From the NCBI GenBank assembly GCA_951406725.2, contig OX597835.1:37386001-37450000 (forward strand): DNA of 64,000 nt, read 5' to 3'. This stretch comes from Octopus vulgaris (taxonomy: Eukaryota). Positions 13,000 to 25,992 of the stretch are shown one piece after another (position 1 is the first letter of the stretch; the number at the start of each line of letters is the position of its first letter). Under the pieces are notes generated by a model. The model was not told where the DNA came from and did no database searches. It worked only from the letters and a program-made list of their open reading frames with translations. Position numbers and translations under genes: made by a program.

Positions 13000-13220
13000 G
13001 TTTAGGGTGTTGGACTCATGATCGTAAGAATGTGGTTTCAATTCCTGGACTGGGTGAAGCATTGCATTCTTGAGCAAAACACTTCATTTCACATTCCTTC
13101 AGTCCACTCAGCAGGCAAAAATGGATAATCCTATGACAGACCGGCATCCTGTCCAGCTGGAGAATACATGCATGCTACGGAAAGCAGCCCTACGAGTTTA
13201 GATGACTCGGAGGAAATCTT
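13000..13220 (+). mobile_element. SINE family D, degenerate
   Basis: tRNA-like head plus tccactcagc(t/a)ggcaaaaatg and catcctgtccag; related to 20730-20962 and 42104-42345. Confidence 0.65.
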
Positions 13221-13397
13221 TTTTTAAATTTAATGAGAAAACATACAAATACCAAACAAAAGGTTTTTTGATGTTTGTGATTCCATTGTTTCATATTAAC
13301 AATGCCAGCATCAAAATCGTCATCAGTTTGAAAGTATGCATTCATAACAAATTTAATTCTGTCTGTAGATTGTATAGAATTCTGAAAATGAAATGTA

Positions 13398-13672
13398 TTT
13401 TATTTCGTTTTTGGATTTGGTTTGCAAGATTCTTTATATGAGCTCCTGTGTTGAAGCATATTCTATTGTATCTGGGGAGAGTCATTTTCTTTTTGTGCCT
13501 TATTATGTAGCACACTCACCGGTAAAATTTCCAAGTTTTTCTTATTTTTATTGTCCTAAAATTTTTGTTGCATCTTAGGACAATAAAAATAAGAAAAACG
13601 TGGAAATTTTACCAGTGAGTGTGCTACATAATAAGGCACAAAAAGAAAATGACTCTCCCCAGACACAATAGA
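13398..13672. repeat. fold-back palindrome of a PLE-pLTR-like family (copy 1, centre deleted)
   Basis: Arms are inverted around ~13576; same family as 22755-23183 and 47313-47612. Confidence 0.85.
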
Positions 13673-14084
13673 AATGTATTTTAATAAATGTTTATCAATT
13701 TGTTTCAAAAAATTCCTGAAGTGAAATCATGTGTTGAAACAGATATTGCTGTATTTTGTGACGGTCATTTCCCCCCCTCCAAATAAACACGTGCACTGTA
13801 TATTTTTTCTTCACTGGACAATGGACATGAGTTAAAATAATCTTTTCTGCTCTAGGCACAAGGACTAAAATTATTGTGGGAGGGGCCCAGTCGATTAGAT
13901 TGACCCCCCCAATACACAACTGGTACTTAATTTATCGCCCCCGAAAGGATGAAAGGCAAAGCTGGCCCTGGTAGAATTTGAACTCAGAACGGGCAAAGTT
14001 GAACTTGGTGGAATTTGAACTCAGAACACAGGAGTTAAAATATTAAAATAAAAACAGTAATAAATGAGTGAAGAAAAAATATAC

Positions 14085-14495
14085 AGGCGCAGGAGTGGCT
14101 GTGTGGTAAGTAGCTTGCTAACCAACCACATGGTTCCGGGTTCAGTCCTACTGCGTGGCATCTTGGGCAAGTGTCTTCTGCTATAGCCCTGGGCCGACCA
14201 ATGCCTTTTGAGTGGATTTGGTAGACGGAAACTGAAAGAAGCCTGTCATATATATGTGTATATATATATATGTGTGTGTGTGTTTGTGTGTCTGTATTTG
14301 TCCCCTTAGCATTGCTTGACAACCGATGTTGGTGTGTTTACGTCCCCGTCACTTCGCGGTTCGGCAAAAGAGACCGATAGAATAAGTACTGGGCTTACAA
14401 AGAATAAGTCCTGGGGTCGATTTGCTCGACTAAAGGCGGTGCTCCAGCATGGCCACAGTTAAAATGACTGAAACACGTAAAAGAGTAAAGAGAGT
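14085..14495 (+). mobile_element. SINE family A, full length
   Basis: ggcgcaggagtggctgtgtggtaag head to aaagagtaaagagag tail. Confidence 0.9.
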
Positions 14496-16139
14496 GTGTG
14501 TGTTTATTAGGCAAAAAAAAAAAAAAAGGAAAACCATCCTGAAATACAAAAATATTTTAATAAACACTGATTTTCTAATCTTTCAATGTGTGTATGCATG
14601 CTTTGGGAACACTCAATGTATGTGTGTGTGTGTGTGTATGCATATATTTAAGTAATGTGTGAGCATCTATGCATGTATATACATGAATTTATGTAAGATG
14701 TGTGTTTATGTAAGTGTGCTTGTGTGCATGTGTGTGTGTTCACACATGTATCTATGCACACGGGTGTATTTGTTATATGTGTGTGTGTGTGTGTGGGTGC
14801 ATGCATATATGTATGTGTGTGCATATGCATCTGTGTGTATGTGTATGTATATGTGTATATATGTATATGTATGTATGTATATATATATATATATATATAT
14901 GTGTATGCATATATGTATGTGTGTGCATATGCATCTGTGTGTATGTGTATGTATATGTGTATGCCCGTGTGTTGCATGCATTGTGCACGTGTGTACGTAT
15001 GTGTATGTTGTGATGGTTTCTTCCTTGCAGGAAGTGAAATCAGTTTTAGGTGGAGTTTGCTGGTTGGCTGAATGATGGTTTGTGGTGGTGGTGGTGGCAG
15101 TGGTAGCGGTGGTAGTGGTGGTGTTGGTGTTGGTGGTTGTGGTGGTGGGACATGAGTGAAGGATGTTAGTGTCAGTGTGGGTGGGGCTGGGGTTAGAATA
15201 TAGTGGCCAAAAGAATCTTTACATGCATACGCACACACACACACACACACAAATATACATGCACAAAAATACATACACACACACAAATTTAATCACACAC
15301 GCACACACACACATACAAGCGTATACACATGTATATACATAATCACATACATTCACACAAAGAAATACACATACCCCATATATACATATACAGAAACACG
15401 CACACATGTACATGTATATACATATAATCACATACACTCACACAGATAAATACACATACCCCATAATACTCACACACACACACATGCATGCACACACACA
15501 CACATGCACACACAAGCACACACACGCATACATGCACACACACGCATACATGCACACACACATACATGCACACACACACATACATGCACACACACATATA
15601 CATGCACATACACATGCACGCATACACATCCATGCACATACACACACACACATACATATACACACATACGCATATCCATACATATACACACACATACGCA
15701 TATACATACATACATATACACACACATTTGTCCTGACCTTTTAATTTTTCCTTCTCTTGTTCCTTTCCACTTTCAAGATTTAACAGCGGAAAAATTTTTC
15801 CTCCTGCCTGCCCTGCATCCCCAGGTGACCTTTACCACTTTAACATCTTCTATTACCTCCTCTCCTCTTCACCCCTCCACTTTCAACCTTTCCCTCTTCT
15901 TCCTCCTCTTCCTTCCTCTCACATCATCTCCATACACATCATCATCATCATCATAATTACCATTATTATTATTATTATTAAACTAGCACATAACAAGCTT
16001 ACCTCATGTGATTACTTTAAATTCCTTCTCCTTCACTCCCCCCACCTCTCCAATCTAGAATGGCACCCATGGCACCCTCAGCAACCATTGTCTTCATCTT
16101 ATTCCATCTCTGTCCATCCTGCAAAGATTCTGACATTGC

Positions 16140-16560
16140 CGCAACATGACATCATCATCATCATCATGAGCATTATTGAGGTTGTAGTTGTTGTTGTTGA
16201 TCGTATTCTTCTCTTTCTGCCACCACCTTTTCTTCTTCATTGTCTTTCACTTCATCTTTCACGTCTGTCTTTCACTTCTTCGTCTTTTCTTCTTCTTCAT
16301 CTTTTACTTCTTCCTCTTCTTCTTTGTCTTTCACTTCTTCATCTTTCATTTCTTCATCTATGTCTTTCACTTGTTTTTCTTCTTTCACTTCTTTGTCTTT
16401 TCTTCTTCTTCATGTTTCACTTTTTCTTCTTTCATTTCTTTCTTCCTCTTCTTCATCTTTCACTTCTTCGTCTTCTTCTTTGTCTTTCACTTTATCTTTC
16501 ATTTCTTCTTCCTCTTTCATTTCTTCTTCTTCATCTTCTTTGTCTTTCACTTCTTCCCCA
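16140..16560. repeat. degenerate (TTC)n low-complexity tract with a recurring tgtctttcac unit
   Basis: Direct inspection; the minus-strand E/K-rich reading is broken by frameshifts. Confidence 0.8.
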
Positions 16561-18051
16561 AGACTGACATTTCAAAAATCTCAACCCCTTCCCCTTTATA
16601 TTCCACACCTTCCCCACCCACCACCTGAAACGACAAAGCAATTTTTGTTTATTTTTTACCCCCCTCCCACCACTCTCCCCACAATTTGACCTCAAGGGAA
16701 ATAGGTTACTTCCTGTTATTAAGCAAGGAAGTTAACTTTTTTTTTTTAAAAAAAAGGGGGTGACCCCAGTAATTTTTAAAAGAGGGTCACCTCTTCCTCC
16801 CTGTTTTGCTTCTAAAGAAAAATGGTGCAGTTTGTGAAAGATGGGTGGGGTGGAGGTAGTAGGAGAGTGTTTGCGGGGGGGGGATGTGAGTGTATGTGTG
16901 GGTTCATGTGTCAGAGAGAGAGAGAGAGAGAGAAAGAGAAAAAGAGAGTGAATGAGAGTAAAAAAGACAGAGAGAAAGAGTGAGAGAGAGAAGAGAAAGA
17001 GAGACTGAAAGAGAGAGAGAGTGTGTGTGTGTGTGAGCATGTGTCAGAGAGTGTGTATGTGTGTGCGTGTGTGCATGCATGAGTGTGAGTGTGTGTATGC
17101 ATGTGTGTGTGTGTGTGTGTCGGTGAGTGTTTGTGAGAGAGATAGAAAGTCTGAGAGTGTGGGTATGTGAGTGTGTATGTGTGTGTATGCATATATGAGT
17201 GTGTGGTGCGTTTCCATGTGTACCTGAGCACATGTTAGTATGTGTTGATATGCATCCGCCTGAGTACATGTGTGTGTGTGTGTTTTGTGTGTGTGTGTGT
17301 TTTGTGTGTGTGTGTGCACTCGTGTGTAAATGTAGAGAAGTGTACATTGTGTGTGATTTATGTGTAGATATGTGTATGTGCATACTTATGAAACAAAGTA
17401 TGTGTATATGTATACATGTATATGTGTGTGTATATGTGATCATGTATGAGCATGTATGCGGAGGTGTATTTTTGTTTGCGTACATATTTGTGCATATACA
17501 TGTATACATGGTTGTGTGCATATGTGCATAGGAATGTGTGCATGAATGCAGTGTGGTGTGGTTGTTGTCGTTGTTGTTCTTAGCCCCAGGTCAATCCTGA
17601 CTGATGAGGTGATTGATGGTGCCTGGTGCTAAATGGTTAGAATGGAAGAAATGGAGAGGAGAGTGCAATCAAAGATGGAATTGTAAAAAAAAAAGTAAAA
17701 CTCAATAAAAAATACAGTAAAAAAAAATACACAAAATTGAAACAAAAGAAATTATTGAGAGAGAGGGAGGAGAAAGAGAGAGAGAGGAGGGAGAAAGAGA
17801 TGAGAGAAAAAAGAGTAAGAGAAAATGAGGGTAGAAAGAGAAAGAAAAACAATGACAACTGTCTTGACCTTTGGCCCTTCGTTTATTTCAACTCATTCCT
17901 CTCTCACAGGTTACCCATCACACACACACACACACACACAACTACACACATTGTATGTATACACAGCTACATGTACATACACATGTATACAGTCACACAT
18001 ATACAACTACTCAAATACACACATATACAAATATATACACATACACACATC

Positions 18052-18454
18052 GGTGGCATGTAGTTGTGATACCTGTGCTGGTGGCACGTAAAAAGCACCA
18101 TTCGAATGTAGCTGATGCCAGCGCTGCCTTGACTGACTTCTGTGCCGGTGGCATGTAAAAAGCACCATTCGAACGTGGCCGATGCCAGCGCCGCCTTGAC
18201 TGACTTCTGTGCCGGTGGCACATAAAAGTACCAACCGATCGTGGCCGCTGCCAGCCTTCACTGGCACCTGTGCCAGTGGCACGTAAAAAGCACCCACTAC
18301 ACTCATGGAGTGGTTGGCGTTAGGAAGGGCATCCAGCTGTAGAAACACTGCTAGATCAGACTGGAGCCTGGTGCAGCCCCCTGGCTTCCCAGGCACCGGT
18401 CAAACCATCCAACCCGTGCTAGCACGGAAAACAGACGTTAAACGATGATGATGA
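18052..18454 (+). mobile_element. RTE LINE 3' UTR copy with tandem ~67-bp units
   Basis: Four ggtggcacgtaaaaagcacc-type units followed by the common terminus and GAT tail. Confidence 0.85.
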
Positions 18455-18719
18455 TATATATATATAGTGTGAAGGTGCATGGCATAGAGGTTAGGGTGTT
18501 CAGCTCAAGATTGTATGGTGATCATGAGTTCAATTCCTGGCTACGTGTTGTATCCTTGAGCAAGATACTTTATTTCACATTGCTCCAGTCCACTTTTATA
18601 GAAATATAGAAACATACGAAAAAGAAATTAATAAAAAATATAAGATAGTTCCAGTTAATACCCTTTATAATTTAAATAAGACATATAAAAGAAATAAGGA
18701 TGAAATATAAATAGGATAA

Positions 18720-18972
18720 TAAAACAGAACCTTATGTGCCTATGCACCCAAGAATCACATTAAAAGATCATAAAGATAATCTTTACGCAGACCCAGAAGG
18801 CAGAGTAATTTTCCCATTCAAATCTGACCTAGGTAAACTGAGTAAAATAATATTAGATAAATATATCAATAAATGAAATAAACTGAATCAATTAAAACTA
18901 TGGGGTAGTACGAGAGACTCATTAGTATGGTTTAATAATATTGAAAATAAAAATAAATATAAATTTATTCAA
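18720..18972 (+). pseudogene. Penelope-like element RT remnant (second lineage)
   Basis: Frame from 18751: RITLKDHKDNLYADPEGRVIFPFKSDLGKLSKIILDKYINK*NKLNQLKLWGSTRDSLVWFNNIENKNKYKFIQ, cut off by a SINE. Confidence 0.75.
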
Positions 18973-18978
18973 ATACAT

Positions 18979-19367
18979 AGGCGTAGGAGTGGCTGTGTGG
19001 TAAGTAGCTTGCTGACCAACCACATGGTTCTAGGTTCAGTCCCATTGCGTGGCACCTTGAGCAAGTGTCTTCTACTATAGCCTTGGGCCGACTAAAGCCT
19101 TGTGAGTGGATTTGGTAGATGGAAACTGTATATATGTATATATATATGCATGTATGTGTATATGTTTGTGTGTCTGTGTTTGTCCCCCCAACATCGCTTG
19201 ACAACCAATGTTGGTGTGTTTACATCCCCGTAACTTAGCGGTTCGGCAAAAGAGACTGATAGAATAAGTACTAGGCTTACAAAGAATAAGTCCTGGGGTT
19301 GATTTGCTCGACAGAAGGCGGTGCTCCAGCATGGCCACAGTCACATGACTGAAACAAGAGTAAAGAG
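18979..19367 (+). mobile_element. SINE family A
   Basis: Head-to-tail match to the other copies. Confidence 0.9.
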
Positions 19368-19639
19368 TATACATATTGATAACTATTATCCATCTATTTC
19401 TTCTCTTTCCCTTTCTCCCTCCTTTTCTGCCTCTCTTACTTCCGCCTTCATACACCTTCCCCCCTGGTACCAACTCCCTGCTTCATTTTAGCTGCGCATT
19501 TCTTCTCACACATTCCCTTTAATGTATGTTATCCATGCTGACATGGGTCAGACAATTTGATCGGAGATGGTGAGTCAAAGAGCTGCACCAAACCCTCATT
19601 ATCTGCTTGGGGCCTCATGCAACAAAAAACAGTTTTACA

Positions 19640-20450
19640 TTTTATTCTGCTACCTTAGTTTTGTTTACTGTAGTTTTCTTATTTCAGTTTCTTTATCTTG
19701 CAAGATATTGCTATTCTTAATTAGTTTTCTTCTCTTCAAGGTTGCTTTCGCACATTTTTCTGAGCCAAATCTCATATTCATTTCTTTAATAAATCCCCAT
19801 ACGGTCTGTAGCAATGTTTCCAGTTGTTTATCATTTGCCGCATACAGCTGAAGACCATTTGTATGCAAGAAATAGTTGATTGTTTTACCATAAAAGCTGT
19901 ATCCACCGTTTAGCATATTGATTAAAGGCATTGGTGCCAGACAGAAAACAAGAGGAGAGAGGAATTCTCATTAGAATATTCCTCTTCTAATGGGGATGTG
20001 TTTAGTTTCTTAACTCCCTAATTTGTCTGGAGCTGCAGAATATCAACCATTTACTTATGGCATGTTTTATATATTCTATTACTGTTCCTGCTACCTTACT
20101 CATGTTTTCAGGAACCATGTTTGGGAGACACTGTCAGAGGCCTTCTGGTAATCAATCCAAGCCATGCTCAGACCCATCTTTTTCTTTTGGCATTTTTCAG
20201 TTATGGCTTTGTTGATAACTGATCTTTACAATAACCAATTTTTACAGCCATATGAGCCTTTGCAGCAGCTCTTCAGCTCTTCTGGAAACAGGTTGTTTTC
20301 TTCTCAATGTCTGCCCATTTTCTGTGATATTGTAGTGGTTAAGGCTTTGTAGGTTATAGGTAAACATGTTATGGGTCTGTAGTTTTGTGAGTTTCTGGTA
20401 GGCTAGGGGATTAAATAAATTTTCCTTATGTGAGCCATTCATGTGTTTTT
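19640..20450 (-). pseudogene. R4/Dong-like reverse transcriptase remnant
   Basis: Minus-strand motifs RPITCLPITYKALT, AWIDYQKASDSV, INYFLHTNGLQLYAANDKQLETLLQTV..MRFGSEKCAK (degenerate YMDDLKLY region). Confidence 0.8.
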
Positions 20451-20574
20451 TTCTAGGTCTGTCAGCATCTCGTTAAGCTTCTCTGCAATCAACTTATGTA
20501 TTCCAGCTAAATATTTTAACCAATCATCATCATCACTGCCCCTGCCATCATATCATCAGTATTATTATTATCCT

Positions 20575-21485
20575 AAGATGGTGAGCTGGAGGAGATGTTA
20601 GCATTACCAGACAAAATGCTCAATGGCATTTTGTTCATCTGTACATTTTGAGTTCAAATTCCACCCAAACTGACTTTGCTTTTCATCCTTTTGGTGGGGG
20701 TCAATGAAATAAGTACCTGTCAAGCACTGTAAAAGTAAGTAAAGTTACCTTCTTGACTCATGAGGGCCAGTTCCCCAGTTTCCATAGTGTATATATACCC
20801 CACCTGGACAGGACGCCAGTCCCTCACAGGATTACACAGTTTTGCCAGCTGAGTGGACTGAAATGAAGTGTTTTGCTCAAGAACAAAATGCACCACCCAG
20901 CCCAGGAATCGAAACCACAATCTTATGATCATGCGTCCAACACTCTGACCCCTAAGCCATGTGTCGGAAACTGGAAGAAGCCCGTCGTATATATATATAT
21001 ATATATGTATATGTGTGTATATGTTTGTGTGTCTGTGTTTGTCCCCACCAACATCGCTTGACAACCGATGCTGGTGGGTTTGTGTCCCTGTAACTTAGCG
21101 GTTCGGCAAACGAGACCGATAGAATAAGTACTAGACTTGCAAAGAATAAGCTCTAGGGTTGATTTGCCCAACTAAAGGCAGTGCTCCAGCATGGCCACAG
21201 TCAAATGCCTGAAACAAGTAAAAGAGTAAAGAGAGTATGGTACTTATGGTAGGTTACAGGGATGTAAACACACCAACACTGGCTGTCAAGTAGCGGTGAG
21301 GGACAAACACAGACACAATCACATATGATGAGCTTCTTTTAGTTTACATATACCAAATCCATTCACAAAATTTTGGTTGCCCTGAGGCTATAGTAGAAGA
21401 CACTAGCCCAAAGTGCCACACAGTAGGACTGAACACAGAACCATGTGGTTGGGAAGCAAACTTTTTATCACACAGCCACACCTGA
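20575..21485. mobile_element. cluster of SINE fragments: B (+, 20575-20725), D (-, 20730-20962), A (+, 20965-21235), A (-, 21240-21485)
   Basis: Similarity to the intact copies elsewhere in the window. Confidence 0.8.
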
Positions 21486-22754
21486 GCCAGTGTGTGTGTG
21501 TGTGTCTTGGTGTCTCCTTGCCTTGATATTGAATGATGGTTGTAAACAAGTCTCACTGTCATGCTCGTCTCCATTTCCAATCTTCCATGGAAACATGTCT
21601 GGTCATCAGAAAATATTACCTTACATAGAAACAAGCAAGGATTGGCAACAGGAAAGGCATCTGGTTGTAAAAGAACCCACCATCACAATTTTCCTCCGAC
21701 CCATGCAAGCACGGAAAAAACAGATGTTAAATCTACAACGACGTTCCACAATCTTTTCATCTCTCTGACTAGGTCCTGCTATTTCTCAATTTCTTCCATT
21801 TCCTCAATTTATTTCCCCAATTTCTTTGACATCCACTCCACCATCATGAAGGAATGTAAAGTCAAGATCTTAATGCTGTTTGTTCTGCCTCTTTCCCACT
21901 TCTCTCCCTGTTCTCCATTATCATACCCAGTCTCCTTGCTTCAATAGAGTGATCAGTCTCTATGGAGAAATCCCATAAAATCACATAATTATCATTCACC
22001 ATAACAGCCACAAGCTGTGCTCATACCGAGTTTTTTCTTCTTCCTTAAACCCGGCTAACAATCACCACCACCATCATCATCATCATTACTGTCACCAACA
22101 CTTTTATCTTTATCATTATTATTATTTTTGTCACTTACAGTGTAAAGACATTGTGTTTTTGTTTTTTATTGGTGGGGTGCTTACTTTTTCCTTTTTCTCT
22201 TTGAGGCACATTGATTTAAGCATTACGAAATGAGATTTTCTTTGGAGCAGTGTAAAATGGAATAATAATAATAATAATAATTAATAAATGTAAAAACAAC
22301 TATTCTTGCCTAAGAAAGTGGTGCCCTCGAAACCCATTGCTTGAAACCACCACCATCACCACCATGAATAAAAATAAAAAAAAACTAAATAGAGGTTTGT
22401 TACACAAACTTTTAAAAATTCATTAACACACATTATATTCGTTATAATTTCCATATCGTAAATAGCTACTAGACATAATTATGCTGCGGAAACATAACAT
22501 TACAATGGACAAAAAGTTAAAAAAAGTAAAAAAGATGCAAGATCAAAACACAATTAAAATATACAAGAAGTAGAAAAAAAAAATCGAACAGTATAGCTGA
22601 CAAATTAATGGAAGAAAATCTCCCGGATTCTTTAATAAGTAATTTGGAAATCAGGAAAAAATAATAACAGCAGCAGCAGGTGTGTGTGTGTATGCATACA
22701 TATATGTATGCGTGTGTGTGTGTGTGTGTATATATACATATATTTCGTTTTTGG

Positions 22755-23183
22755 ATTTGGTTTGCAAGATTCTTTATATGAGTTCGTGTGTTGAAGCATA
22801 TTCTGTTGTGTCTGGGGTGGGTCATTCTCTTTTAGTGCCTTATTATTTAACACACTCACCGGTAAAATTTCCACTTATTCCTTATTTTTATTGTCCTAGA
22901 ATTTTCGTTGTATCTTGCAACCGTTTCAATAGTCCTGACTCAGTCCGTTATTTACACTGCGTTATTTACACAATAACGTAGTGTAAATAACGGACTGAGT
23001 CAGGACTATTGAAACGGTTGCAAGATACAACGAAAATTCTAGGACAATAAAAATAAGGAATAAGTGGAAATTTTACCGGTGAGTGTGTTAAATAATAAGG
23101 CACTAAAAGAGAATGACTCTCACCAGACACAACAGAATATGCTTCAACACACAAACTCATATAAAGAATCTTGCAAACCAAAT
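22755..23183. repeat. near-perfect fold-back palindrome, ~212-bp arms with a 5-nt loop (PLE-pLTR-like family, copy 2)
   Basis: cgttatt-tacac-aataacg centre at 22969; arms are reverse-complementary with few mismatches. Confidence 0.95.
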
Positions 23184-24012
23184 ATATGTATATATATATA
23201 CACACACACACACATACATCGTAATTGTTTTAATGTCTTGTTGTTGAGATAGGCTCTCTTTCTTTCCTGATGAGAAGAATGCATTTTACATGTCCCCATT
23301 ATGTCCCCATTACTTAGCAGTTCGGCAAAAGAGACCGATAGAATAAGTACTGGACTTACAAAAGAATAAGTCCCGGGGTCGAGTTGCTCGATTAAAGGCG
23401 GTGCTCCAGCATGGCCACAGTCAAATAACTGAAACAAATAAAAGAGTAAAAGAGTATATATATATATATATATATTCTTCATTCATTTATTACTGTTCCT
23501 ATTTTATTTATTTTAAGCCTGTCCATTGTCCGGAAACCTTTCTCCATACATCTGTGACCTCTTCAGCGACACTTTTTGTTTAAAATAATAAAATAAGAAC
23601 AGTAATAAATGAGGGAATATATATATGTGTGTGTGTGTGTATAGTGCATGTGTTTATTTGGCAAAAAAATAAATAAATAAAATGACCATCCTGAAATACA
23701 ATACATATATATATTCAGGATTATGTAAACCTTATAACAATTTGTCGAAACACATGTATGTTTTCTGCATTTTATTAATACTATTTTAGGGCTCAAATTC
23801 CACGCATTTTCCTAACCCATGATTTCATGCCCTGAATTGTACTGCACTAGGTACAAGATTGCAGAGTGGGACCAAATACTGAACCCAAACTGTGCTTCAC
23901 AATACATACATTTCTCTCTCTCTTGTCCTCTTCTTATATGTGTGAGTGTGTGTATACATGTGTGTGTGTGTATACAGATAAATAGATAAAAAGGTAGCTA
24001 GATAGATAGATA

Positions 24013-25187
24013 AGTTCCTTTATTGGCCACACAGGGATGCACACAGATGGGACAAGTTACAAGGTAGAGCTTTTCTTTTGGGGGATGAAAAAAACAAAAA
24101 ACAAAAGAAACAAAAAAAAAGGTGGCGTAGGTTTTCGATCAAAAGGGATCATAAAAGGGAAAAAGAAGAACAAAAAAAAAAAAATAAAAAAATAAAAATA
24201 AAATAAAATAAAAAAAAAGAACAAAAGGAAAAAGAACAAAAGAAAAGAGAAATGAAAAAAGAAGAAAAAAGGGAGAAAAAAGGGGAAGAGGTAAAAAAGA
24301 CGATCGATAGGGATCGTGTATCACAGTGTTATGATATATGGTGTAAAGGGGAAAGCAAGTAAGGTTTATCCGTGGGAAGAAAAGCCTACAAAAAAGACCA
24401 CGGTAACCTTGGTCAATATTGTTCTATGTTACCACATTTGTTTGCAAGTGGGTAACCCTCTGTTTTCAATTTCTGGGTTCATAGGATTATGCTCAAGGTG
24501 GCTTTGTCATTCATACGTGCCATCCTTGCTACATTCACCCATCTTTTTTTAAAACATTCGCTAGACAAAACTTGCCTCTCTACTCTCACTTTCCTTTTCA
24601 AGTGGTACTTGAAGAAGTTGATGAGAGATTGACCAGAGAAGAAAGTGTTTGTCTCCAATCCTTTCAGACGTGTCCACCAGATACATTCTTTCGCCATAGC
24701 CACAAGGATGATGAAAATAGCTCTTCCTTCCCGTTTGAAGGAAGGAGGCGTGACAATATTGACGATAGACTCAGCTGATAATCCGACTCGTCCCACACGT
24801 GACAGCAGTTGTTCGACATAAGCCCACAGGTCAGAAATTGTTGGACACTGCACAAGTGCGTGCAGAACGGTTTCGTCGCTCTGACCGCATCTCGGGCAGG
24901 TCGGCCCCGTGTTTCTCGAGCCATGTCTGTAGAGCTTATCCCGAACGGGTAGCACTTCTTGGTAGCACTGCCAGGCCAGGGATCTCTGGAAGTTGTCCAT
25001 GGGCCCTGGCCCGAAAGTCGTCCCGAACAGGCGGGTCAGGTACTCCTCGTCGACGTCCAGGTTCGCCCCAAGCTCGTCGTCATACCTCCCCTCCACTAAT
25101 CCCCTATAGAATGCTTTGGTTGTAATGAAGTCACTCAAGGTCGACCCAGGACGGCAGAGTTGCTTGAGAGCAACGCAACACTGGCAC
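24013..25187 (-). mobile_element. Tx1/L1-clade LINE 3' fragment (ORF2 C-terminal zf-RVT, 3' UTR, AATAAA, (TATC)n)
   Basis: Open frame 24479-25187 with SLAWQCYQEVLPVRDKL..CPRCGQSDETVLHALVQCP zinc-binding motif; GC-rich and intact, so young. Confidence 0.9.
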
Positions 25188-25616
25188 CGCGAGTGTCGCG
25201 TTGCTCTCAAGCAACTCTGCCGTCCTGGGTCGACCTTGAGTGACTTCATCACAACCAAAGCATTCTATAGGGGATTAGTGGAGGGGAGGTATGATGACGA
25301 GCTCGGGGCGAACCTGGACGTCGACGAGGAGTACCTGACCCGCCTGTTCGGGACGACTTTCGGGCCAGGGCCCATGGACAACTTCCAGAGATCCCTGGCC
25401 TGGCAGAGCTACCGAGAAGTGCTACCCGTTCGGGATAAGCTCTACAGACATGGCTCGAGAAACACGGGGCCGACCTGCCCGAGATGCGGTCAGAGCGACG
25501 AAACCGTTCTGCACGCACTCGTGCAGTGTCCAACAATTTCCGACCTTTGGGCTTATGTCGAACAACTGCTGTCACTTGTGGGACGAGTCGGTTTATCAGC
25601 TGAGTCTATCGTCAAT

Positions 25617-25617
<1 letters not shown>
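25187..25617 (+). mobile_element. inverted duplicate (fold-back arm) of the Tx1-like LINE fragment
   Basis: Reverse complement of 24757-25187 with about a dozen substitutions by eye. Confidence 0.95.

Positions 25618-25992
<375 letters not shown>

Noticed and set aside
16140-16560. Minus-strand E/K-rich coding exon (EEVKDKEEEE) and a nearby AG/GTAAG donor at ~16000
   Set aside because: Frameshifts break the reading, and the candidate 16001-16118 exon has stops in all three frames
18052-18295. CRISPR-like repeat-spacer pattern
   Set aside because: Spacers are homologous to each other, the array is part of an RTE 3' UTR, the context is eukaryotic and there are no cas genes
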